64,000 nt of DNA from Bacilli bacterium. GTDB taxonomy: Bacteria > Bacillota_I > Bacilli_A > RF39 > UBA660. The position numbers were made by a program, and so were the translations under genes. This document shows positions 29,434-37,359 of the stretch, in pieces. Where the stretch lies: the NCBI GenBank assembly GCA_051872415.1, contig JBJEDW010000083.1, forward strand, positions 750 to 64,749, given 5' to 3'. The notes beneath the pieces are model-generated. The model had not been told where the DNA came from. It searched no databases and worked only from the letters and a program-made list of their open reading frames with translations. Each line of letters opens with the position of its first letter. The stretch's first letter is position 1.

Positions 29434-29825
29434 TTATTTTTTTAAATCTTTTTTCAGTTTTGTTGTAGAAATTCCTTCAGTTCTATCTAAGTAAACCACT
29501 TTACAGAATTCTTTTAAATATTCAAATTTTTCACTACCTGCCCAATCGCTTCCCATAACTATTGTATCAACATTGTATTTTTTTACATCTGATAACTTTT
29601 GTTCCCAATTTTCCTCTGGTATGACTAAATCTACATATCTTATTGCTTCTAACATATATTTCCTAGTCTCGTAATCATAATATGTTGTTTTCCTTTCAAT
29701 TGATTGAATTCATTTGTGGAAAGTGCAACAATTAAGTAATCACCCATTTCTTTAGCTCTCTTTAACAATCTTATATGCCCATAATGAAGTAAATCATATG
29801 TACCGTAAGTTAGAATTGTCTTCAT
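29434..29825 (-). pseudogene. tagD: Glycerol-3-phosphate cytidylyltransferase interrupted by a 1-nt frameshift
   Basis: The N-terminal ORF (29825->29649) reads MKTILTYGTYDLLHYGHIRLL... and carries the HxGH motif. The C-terminal ORF (29655->29434) reads MLEAIRYVDLVIPEENW...RTEGISTT. Adding one A to the A4 run (plus-strand TTTT 29688-29691) gives a continuous product collinear with B. subtilis TagD as I recall it. Confidence 0.8.
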
Positions 29826-29948
29826 TTGTGTACCTCCTTAAACAAAATTTAAAATTTCTATAAAAGCAAATATGGTATTTAACTTTTTAAATCTTGATAT
29901 AAATATTTAGACATATTAAAACATATTTCTACCATTGCTTACATTTTT

Positions 29949-29976
29949 ATTATACCATTTTATATAAAAATGTAAA
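29949..29976 (-). promoter_or_regulatory. Putative sigma-A promoter for the tagD-galE-fusion-gene unit
   Basis: On the minus strand: TTTACA, 16-nt spacer, TGgTATAAT (extended -10). About 120 nt upstream of the tagD ATG. Confidence 0.4.
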
Positions 29977-30162
29977 TGTTTAGTTGACGTTTAAAATGAA
30001 AAAGCATATTTCATAGTAAAAAACATATTTTTAAACAAGATTATTTTACTGTTTTTATGTATTTTTATTTCAAGAATTTCTATATAATTTTTTATATTTT
30101 AAAAAGTGAATATTTATAATTAAAAATGAGAGTACTATTATTTTTGACGAGAAGCAATTAGT

Positions 30163-31179
30163 TTAAGAAACAAAAAATCTTTGGATAAATTTAAATATTT
30201 TTATTCTAAAAAAGTCAATTATAACACAAACTATAAAAACTGAAATAACTGAAATAATTAGATTAACAATGAATAACTTGTCTGTATAATAAGAGGAACA
30301 ATTGAATATTCCCTGCCATATATATTTTGATATAAAAGAATTCATGTGAATAATATATATAGAAAAAACAGATACAGAAAGTTTATTAATAACTTTATTA
30401 ACAATACTACTCTTTATGTTAAGTTTAGAAAAAAACAAGAAAAAACATACTGCTCCAATAATATTAAATAACGAATTATAGCCTAGAGTATTAAAAAACC
30501 TTTCATTTAAAAAATTAGAAAATGTTATAAACTGAGAAAACATAAATATAAGAAAATATAAACCAGCAGGTCTAGTATTAACCTTGTATTTGCAAATATA
30601 AGCACCAATAAAATATAAAACAATAAACATAGTTATACCATATCCATTATCCTTAACAGTACCAATTTGAAAAAATGTAGGAAGAATAGAAAAGAAAAAG
30701 AGCGTAATAATAATTAATGTTCTAAATTCTTTTCTGTTAATCTTTTCGATAAATCTATTTAAGTATGGAATAAGCAAGTACAAAATAACATATGTAATTA
30801 TAAACCAAGCACCACTATTTTTCATAAATAAAGCATCTGTAAATATCGAAATATCAAAAAGCTTAGGTTTAAACAGAACAACCCCTATTGTGATTGAAAA
30901 TAAATAAAAAAAGTAAATTAAAACAAGTTCTAAAATTCTTTTGCATTTTATTTTTTGTTTTTTGCACATAAAATAACCTGTTATAATAACAAAGCAATCT
31001 ACTGCTATTATAGAAAAGCTTTCAATAAACCTAGCTAAATAATAATTAAAATAACCTTCAGGAATATTTTTAACATCAAGTGCTCCTCCTAAAGAAACAC
31101 CTAAATAATGTAAACTAAGTACCATAATAATAAGTACAATTCTCAATAATTCAAAATTAGATTGACGCTCTTTTGTCAT
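30163..31179 (-). CDS. Acyltransferase family 3 membrane protein (putative polymer O-acetyltransferase)
   Basis: About 10 TM segments. The N-terminus RQSNFELLRIVLIIMVLSLHY is typical of acyltransferase-3 proteins. Confidence 0.75.
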   Translation of the reverse strand: MTKERQSNFELLRIVLIIMVLSLHYLGVSLGGALDVKNIPEGYFNYYLARFIESFSIIAVDCFVIITGYFMCKKQKIKCKRILELVLIYFFYLFSITIGVVLFKPKLFDISIFTDALFMKNSGAWFIITYVILYLLIPYLNRFIEKINRKEFRTLIIITLFFFSILPTFFQIGTVKDNGYGITMFIVLYFIGAYICKYKVNTRPAGLYFLIFMFSQFITFSNFLNERFFNTLGYNSLFNIIGAVCFFLFFSKLNIKSSIVNKVINKLSVSVFSIYIIHMNSFISKYIWQGIFNCSSYYTDKLFIVNLIISVISVFIVCVIIDFFRIKIFKFIQRFFVS

Positions 31180-31266
31180 AAATACACCCCACTGAAATCA
31201 ATACCCTATTCTATTCTTAAATTAATTATACAAAAAAAAAAGAACTTGTCAGCACTTTTTTATTTC

Positions 31267-32019
31267 TTAATCTAAATTTTTCATATATTCTTCATATTTG
31301 TCTACTATTTCTTCTGGATCACCATCACCTTTTAAAACACCATCATTTATCCAAATTACCCTATCGCAAAGACTTTTAAGAGTTCTAGAACTATGAGAAA
31401 CTATAATAACAGTTCTATTTTCATCAGAAATTAATTCCTTCATTTTATTATAACTTTTTTGTTGGAATCTAACATCTCCAACTGATAAAACTTCATCAAT
31501 AAGCATTATATCAGTTTCAAGAATTGCAGTTATTGCAAAAGCAAGTTTCGAATACATTCCAGATGAATAAGAGTTTACTGGCTTATAAATAAAATCGCCT
31601 AGCTCTGAAAATTCAATTATTTCATCTAACTTTTCATTTATTTGTTCTTCGCTATAACCAAGTAATAATCCTGAAAGAAATATATTCTCGTATCCTGATA
31701 ATCTTCTTTGAAAACCTACTCCTATTGAAAGAAGAGAAATGGTATTACCATGTAAATCAATTGTACCACTATCGGCTGAAAATATACCTGCGATGGCTCT
31801 TAGAAGCGTTGATTTACCACTACCATTTTTACCACAAATACCTAGAATTTGACCTTTAGGAATTTCAAAAGAAACATCTTTTACAGCATGAAATTCTTTA
31901 GCATTTAATAAATTTTTTATGCCTGACTTTACTAAAGAAAATTTTTTTATGTCTTTGTAATAGATATTTAAATTCTTTACAGTAACTGCTATTTCAGTTT
32001 TTTTCTTAGTTTTTTCCAT
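31267..32019 (-). CDS. tagH: Teichoic-acid/polysaccharide export ABC transporter ATP-binding protein
   Basis: Walker A GKNGSGKST, signature YSSGMYSKLAFA, Walker B MLIDEVLSVGD. Abuts the ABC-2 permease gene. Confidence 0.85.
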   Translation of the reverse strand: MEKTKKKTEIAVTVKNLNIYYKDIKKFSLVKSGIKNLLNAKEFHAVKDVSFEIPKGQILGICGKNGSGKSTLLRAIAGIFSADSGTIDLHGNTISLLSIGVGFQRRLSGYENIFLSGLLLGYSEEQINEKLDEIIEFSELGDFIYKPVNSYSSGMYSKLAFAITAILETDIMLIDEVLSVGDVRFQQKSYNKMKELISDENRTVIIVSHSSRTLKSLCDRVIWINDGVLKGDGDPEEIVDKYEEYMKNLD

Positions 32020-32819
32020 TATCGCATCACCTTTACATAAGTGTTTTCATATTTATAAATAGTCTTTATTCCAATATAAGATAGTACTAATCCTAAAATT
32101 ATCCAAATACTTAATAATAACAAATTAGGTGTTGTTTGATATATTAAAGCATCCCTAAAGAAAGATATTAAAGCTGCTAAGGGATTGTAATCTAGTAAAA
32201 TTTTATTGTATGGTTCTGGAACTCTAGTTGCAAGTGGGAAGAACACTCCAGACATATAAAATAACATCCTTAAAACAATTGGAACTATATTTTTTAAATC
32301 TTCAACAAAAACTCCGAAGTGCATAAGAATAGTAGCTATTCCAAAAGTAATAAGATACAAAGACATGTAGATTGGAATAAAGAAAAGAACATTCCAAGAA
32401 AGTGGTATTTGATATATAATCATACATATTACTACTAAACTAAATGAAATTAAAAACTTAACTGTATTAACAGACATTTTTGTAATTAATAAAATAAACT
32501 TTGGAACATATACTTTAATAACAGTATCACGATTAGCTCTTACTAAACTCACTGCTGAAGTAACTGTTCCTTGAAAGAAATTCCATGTTGTTAACCCAAT
32601 AAAGACAAAAACAGGAAAGTATTCAATTTTTGAATCAAAAACAACAAGCGCAATAAATGTGTAAATAAGCATGAAACAGATAGGATTTAAAAACAACCAA
32701 ATCCAGCTCAAATAGGATCCAGTAACTTCTGCTTTTAACTGAGACTTAGTAGAATAAGCAATGTATTTGGAATATTTTTTCAAATCATTTATAAATCTTT
32801 TTACCATTTTTATCATCAT
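32019..32819 (-). CDS. tagG: ABC-2-type polymer export permease
   Basis: Six TM segments, ~266 aa, and a TagG/Wzm-like layout. Its stop overlaps the tagH start. Confidence 0.8.
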   Translation of the reverse strand: MMIKMVKRFINDLKKYSKYIAYSTKSQLKAEVTGSYLSWIWLFLNPICFMLIYTFIALVVFDSKIEYFPVFVFIGLTTWNFFQGTVTSAVSLVRANRDTVIKVYVPKFILLITKMSVNTVKFLISFSLVVICMIIYQIPLSWNVLFFIPIYMSLYLITFGIATILMHFGVFVEDLKNIVPIVLRMLFYMSGVFFPLATRVPEPYNKILLDYNPLAALISFFRDALIYQTTPNLLLLSIWIILGLVLSYIGIKTIYKYENTYVKVMR

Positions 32820-33420
32820 CCTTTTTTATTTTGCTATTTTCATATTCTTTTGGAGTATTAAAATCTATTGTATTTTCGTCTACTATAACAAATTTTTTAC
32901 CAATCTGTTTCTTATCAAATTCTAATCCTGTAAATGATTGATATACTTGCCAACCTTTGCAATTTTTTATTTTACCTTCAAGAAACAAATTTCTCACTTT
33001 AGAAACATGTTCTTTAAATAATTTCCCATCTTTAATTTTTATAGCTACTATTGATTTTTTATTTCCAAAAAATAATATATCAAGAGCTTTTTTATTTATA
33101 ATTATATCAATAGTTTCATCTGGATAATATGTATCTCCATATAAGAAACAAATATTATCATCTATAAGTTCTTCTGTAAAACGATCTATTTCTAAAACGT
33201 TGTTAAGGGGTTCATATCTAGTAGCACCTTTTATTTCATATCTTTTATCATGAGATGTAATTATAATTTCACAATCTTTTTCTCTTTCATTTAATTGTCT
33301 TACGGTCCTTTTTATTAAAGGCTCGCCATTAATTGTAATAAAGTGTTTTGGAATATTGTTATAATTTTTCCAGCGTGTACCCTTACCATCACACATTATT
33401 ATATATTTCATATACATCAC
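32785..33420 (-). CDS. Putative nucleotidyltransferase (GT-A/NTP-transferase fold)
   Basis: N-terminus IIMCDGKGTRW resembles the G-x-G-T-R nucleotide-binding loop of sugar/alcohol-phosphate cytidylyl- and nucleotidyl-transferases. The rest is unrecognised. Confidence 0.45.
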   Translation of the reverse strand: MMYMKYIIMCDGKGTRWKNYNNIPKHFITINGEPLIKRTVRQLNEREKDCEIIITSHDKRYEIKGATRYEPLNNVLEIDRFTEELIDDNICFLYGDTYYPDETIDIIINKKALDILFFGNKKSIVAIKIKDGKLFKEHVSKVRNLFLEGKIKNCKGWQVYQSFTGLEFDKKQIGKKFVIVDENTIDFNTPKEYENSKIKKDDDKNGKKIYK

Positions 33421-34545
33421 CTAATTACTTATATTTTTCATTATATAGTCTACTATCAATTTTGTAGAATTACCTAAATTCTTTGGTAAATATTTCTTTC
33501 TAAACTTTTGATAAGATATATTATCGTAAGCATCATTTTTAATTATTTTAAATAAATCTTTGATATCTTTTGATGTACAAGTTGGAAGAACTTTTGTAGC
33601 ATCTAAATTTATACCATTCTCGCTCATATACTTATCATAATCATAAACATAAAAAAGAACTTTTTTGTTTAAAATTGCAGCTTCTAAACAAATTGATGAA
33701 TAATCCGTTATTACATAATCTGCTACTGTTAATAATTCAATATTTTTAAATTCTGGGCAATCATATATAACATCATGATTAAATTCAAGTGGTTGATTGG
33801 GATGCCCTCTTACAATAAGTATAAAATCATCTTTGTTATATTCTTTAAACATTTTAGTAGGTCCATCTACATTATATTTTCTAAAAGTTGGAACATAATA
33901 TACAATTTTTTTGTTTTTAAATTCTGGATATTTGTTTAATACTTCTTCTTTAAATTTATTCTCATTATTTAAAAGATAATCTATCCTAGGAAGTCCATAA
34001 TGTAACAAAACATCTTTTCTTACATTAAATCCAGCTTCATAAAATTCATCAAAAGCTGAACCTCCTGCTATTATATTGGTATAATTTTTATGCATACACA
34101 TAAGCTTTGCTATTTTACTATTTCTTCCAGAAACAGCATCCAAAGTCTGATAACCAGACTTTTTTATTTTACCAATAGAATGCCATATTTGCAAGACTAT
34201 TAAACTTTTTTTATGATTAAGAATGCAAACTGGTATACAATATGAATCAATAATTGCCATTTTAGATGTTGCTAAATACTTCATTTGTTTAATTATAATA
34301 AAAAAGTATTTTATATAACTTAATAATCCCTTATCTATTCTCTGACAAATAAATTTCATTTTTATACTAGAATCTCTTTTTTGTATTTCATCTCTTATCA
34401 TAGCAAAATCAATACTTATTTCATTAGTTTGTCTACTTATAAATACTATTTGCTTTTTATCTATTGGAAGTAACTTTAAAAAAAAGTATATAATTTTTAA
34501 AAAATATTTAAATGCCAAAATTAAAACAAATTTCATATAAATCAC
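33421..34545 (-). CDS. TagB/TagF-family CDP-glycerol glycerophosphotransferase
   Basis: WHSIGKIKK...YYVPTFR...ITDYSSICLEAAILNKKVLFYVYD matches family motifs and the N-terminal domain of the 1100-aa fusion. Confidence 0.75.
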   Translation of the reverse strand: MIYMKFVLILAFKYFLKIIYFFLKLLPIDKKQIVFISRQTNEISIDFAMIRDEIQKRDSSIKMKFICQRIDKGLLSYIKYFFIIIKQMKYLATSKMAIIDSYCIPVCILNHKKSLIVLQIWHSIGKIKKSGYQTLDAVSGRNSKIAKLMCMHKNYTNIIAGGSAFDEFYEAGFNVRKDVLLHYGLPRIDYLLNNENKFKEEVLNKYPEFKNKKIVYYVPTFRKYNVDGPTKMFKEYNKDDFILIVRGHPNQPLEFNHDVIYDCPEFKNIELLTVADYVITDYSSICLEAAILNKKVLFYVYDYDKYMSENGINLDATKVLPTCTSKDIKDLFKIIKNDAYDNISYQKFRKKYLPKNLGNSTKLIVDYIMKNISN

Positions 34546-34643
34546 CTTTTACTTTTTCTTTAACTTTTTCTGTCTTAGTAGTTGATTTCTTTTATTTTAA
34601 TCATTTTAACACTAAGCTTTCTTAAGATATTTACTTTTATTAA

Positions 34644-34672
34644 ATTATACCATAAATACTATAACCGAGCAA
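34644..34672 (-). promoter_or_regulatory. Putative internal sigma-A promoter
   Basis: On the minus strand: TTGCTC, 17-nt spacer, TGgTATAAT (extended -10). It lies in the 150-nt gap between the GT2 and TagB/F-like genes. The ATGGTATAAT core is the same as at 29949-29957. Confidence 0.35.
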
Positions 34673-34696
34673 ATTGATAAAAAATTTATATTATAT

Positions 34697-36202
34697 TTAG
34701 TCTTTTTTTGTTATTATTTCTTTATTTTTATTGTAAATTTTTCTTTTTAATACTTTGAAAAAGTTATACTTTCTGATTATTAAAACTTTGTTTTTAGAAA
34801 TAGTAATCATCTTATTTTTTAAACGAATATATCTTTTTGTTAAATTAATTCTTTTATTATCAATAATAACACTTGGTTTATAAATAAGTTTGCTTTCATT
34901 AATAATTGAGTAAAATCCAAGCTTTGTTTCTTTTTTATCTAACTCTATCGAAGTGGAAAAACTTTTTACATTATTCATGTCATCTCCACAAAAAGATTTT
35001 CTATTTTTATCATTAAGAGGAGAAAGATTAACAGAATAAGTTTTGCCAATTGTATCAATATATAAATGATCTATAGGAAAGTAAATAGATGTTTTTATTG
35101 TTCCTTTTAAAGTTAGTTTATTTTTATTAAAGGACGTGCTTTCTATATTTAAATTATTTTTCCCATTTATTTCTCCGATTTCTTTGTCTTTGAAATAAAT
35201 TATGTTATTGACAAGTTTTAAATCTTTGTTTATTTCATTTTCATATTTTAACTTTAAAAGATATAATTTAGTATCTACTACTACTTTATTGGTATTTACT
35301 ATAACTTCATCATCTAATTGTTTAATTATCTTAATTAGGTTATTTTTATAATCTTTTTGGACATCAATTGGGATGTTAGAAGGAACTTCTTGCCCTACTC
35401 TATATTTTATAGCATTAATTAAGGCATACTCTATATAAGGAATTATCTTTTTATATTTTTTCTTTGAATAATCTATTAAAAATTCGTAATAATACTTAAC
35501 TGTATCAGTATAAGCTTCGATTGCTAAAGTCTTATTTTGAGTACTCGAAGAAGAATCAAATCTTTTTCTTATATGATAAACACAATCTTTAAATATTCCA
35601 TATTTTTCTTTTTCTAAAATAATTTGTGTTATATATTTAGCGTCTTCTGCATACTTCAATCTTTTATCAAATTGAAATTTTTTAGCAACATCACTCTTTA
35701 TAAAAGTTGAAGCAACACTCATTTGAATAAAATCTGGATTCTCATTAATAGAAATAACTCTATTACCATCATCGTATTTAAAATCTAATGAATGGACATT
35801 TTTTTTGTTTTCAAAATATTTTTGCCTACAACTAACCACATCTATTTCATTTTTATTTTTCTCAAAAAAAGCAAATACTTTTTCAAATGTATCTAAATCC
35901 CAAATATCATCACCATCAAAAAAGTTTATATATTTGCCATTTGCTAGACTTAATCCAACATTTCTAGCAGTAGATACTCCTTTATTTTCTTGTCTTTTAT
36001 AGATTACATTATCAGGATATAGTTTAAGATATTTTTCACAGATTTTTTCTGAATTATCACTACTTCCATCATTAATTAGAATTAGTTCAATATTTTCTTT
36101 AAATCCTATTGATTGATTTACAATTGAACTAAGAGCTTCGTCTAGAAATAATTCTAGATTATAAATTGGTACAATTACCGAAAAATTATATTTATATTTC
36201 AT
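34697..36202 (-). CDS. GT2-family glycosyltransferase with an extended C-terminal domain
   Basis: FSVIVPIYNLELFLDEALSSIVNQS...LINDGSSD...FFDGDD are canonical GT-A/GT2 motifs. Confidence 0.8.
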   Translation of the reverse strand: MKYKYNFSVIVPIYNLELFLDEALSSIVNQSIGFKENIELILINDGSSDNSEKICEKYLKLYPDNVIYKRQENKGVSTARNVGLSLANGKYINFFDGDDIWDLDTFEKVFAFFEKNKNEIDVVSCRQKYFENKKNVHSLDFKYDDGNRVISINENPDFIQMSVASTFIKSDVAKKFQFDKRLKYAEDAKYITQIILEKEKYGIFKDCVYHIRKRFDSSSSTQNKTLAIEAYTDTVKYYYEFLIDYSKKKYKKIIPYIEYALINAIKYRVGQEVPSNIPIDVQKDYKNNLIKIIKQLDDEVIVNTNKVVVDTKLYLLKLKYENEINKDLKLVNNIIYFKDKEIGEINGKNNLNIESTSFNKNKLTLKGTIKTSIYFPIDHLYIDTIGKTYSVNLSPLNDKNRKSFCGDDMNNVKSFSTSIELDKKETKLGFYSIINESKLIYKPSVIIDNKRINLTKRYIRLKNKMITISKNKVLIIRKYNFFKVLKRKIYNKNKEIITKKD

Positions 36203-36214
36203 CCTAACACCTCT

Positions 36215-37345
36215 TTAATTATTTACTGGAAGTTCCCATTTTTCATTTGTTTTATTTTCTTTTTTCAACTTTTTGTAATTAATTAGTTTTTCTAAGTCTT
36301 TTCTTTTTCCACCTTCATCAGTTATTTGTTGTCCTAAAAACTGAGTTTTTCCATTTCCTTCAACTATCAGAGGATTACCATCTTTATCAATAGCAACATC
36401 CCATCCAATATACCTAGTTTTATCAAAAGCAAGTGCAGCATCTTTTGCCAAAGAAACTGCTTTTTCCCAAGATGGAATTTTAAAACCTTTTATTTTAATA
36501 TTTGTATCAGGATGATACTCGTAAACAGTATTATTTTCATCTTTGCCATCTGTTATTAATTCTCCTGTTTCAGGATTTATTCTAGCAAACATTCCTCCTG
36601 CTCCACCATTATCTACAAATGAAGAACCACGACCAATTTTTATAAATGGAAGATGAATAAAAACTTGATCATTTTCATCTCGATAAGTAACAATTCTTAA
36701 AGTATTTAAAGATTCTGGGTGTAGAGAAGCCATTTTTTCATGCTGAATAATTCTTTCTTCTAAAATGACATCTCCATCTTCTAGTAAATAAGAGAACAAA
36801 GTTTTTGGGTTTTTAAAGTCTTTGCTATCAATTAATTCAATTCCCTTTCCAAAAGAAGAGTCAATAGGTTTTTTAACGAAAACTGGATATTTTTTTATAA
36901 ACTTTTGAAATTCAGTATAATTATTCTCACCAATTTTTATTAATTCTCTTTTATAAAATTTCTTTAATATTTCATAAGATTTATATTTATCGTTTAAAAT
37001 TTCTTGTCCTTCTTTTTCTCCAAGTAAATATAAATAATTTTGTCTGTTCATATTAGCAATAAAATTTTTTCTTTTAAAATGGCACTTATTCTTAAAACCA
37101 AATAGAAAATATTCTTTAAAAGATAAATTATAAAAGACACGGCAATAGATCATATCTTTTTTTAAGCGTTTTTTATCTTTTTTAGAAAGATTAAAAGATT
37201 TTGTATATTTTTCTATTGTTTCTTCCACTATTTCTTTTCTTTTTTTTGTAGATAATCTATACAAACTATCAAAAACTATTGGTTTAAATAGTATTGATTT
37301 TTGTGCTAATTTAGTGAGAAATTCTCGTTTTTCTTTTCTTGTCAT
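36215..37345 (-). CDS. ATP-grasp enzyme (sugar-transfer-associated clade)
   Basis: Motifs KKPIDSSFGKGIELI; LEERIIQHEKMASLHPESLNTLRIVTY; GRGSSFVDNGGAGGMFARINPETGEL; HPDTNIKIKGFKIPSW; IVEGNG. All are shared with two paralogs in this window. Confidence 0.75.
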   Translation of the reverse strand: MTRKEKREFLTKLAQKSILFKPIVFDSLYRLSTKKRKEIVEETIEKYTKSFNLSKKDKKRLKKDMIYCRVFYNLSFKEYFLFGFKNKCHFKRKNFIANMNRQNYLYLLGEKEGQEILNDKYKSYEILKKFYKRELIKIGENNYTEFQKFIKKYPVFVKKPIDSSFGKGIELIDSKDFKNPKTLFSYLLEDGDVILEERIIQHEKMASLHPESLNTLRIVTYRDENDQVFIHLPFIKIGRGSSFVDNGGAGGMFARINPETGELITDGKDENNTVYEYHPDTNIKIKGFKIPSWEKAVSLAKDAALAFDKTRYIGWDVAIDKDGNPLIVEGNGKTQFLGQQITDEGGKRKDLEKLINYKKLKKENKTNEKWELPVNN

Positions 37346-37359
37346 ACTTCAAACTCTCC

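Noticed and set aside
29649-29700. The tagD frameshift as programmed ribosomal frameshifting or transcriptional slippage
   Set aside because: The site is only an A4 run, with no slippery heptamer or downstream stimulatory structure that I can see. A mutation or a homopolymer sequencing error is the simpler explanation.
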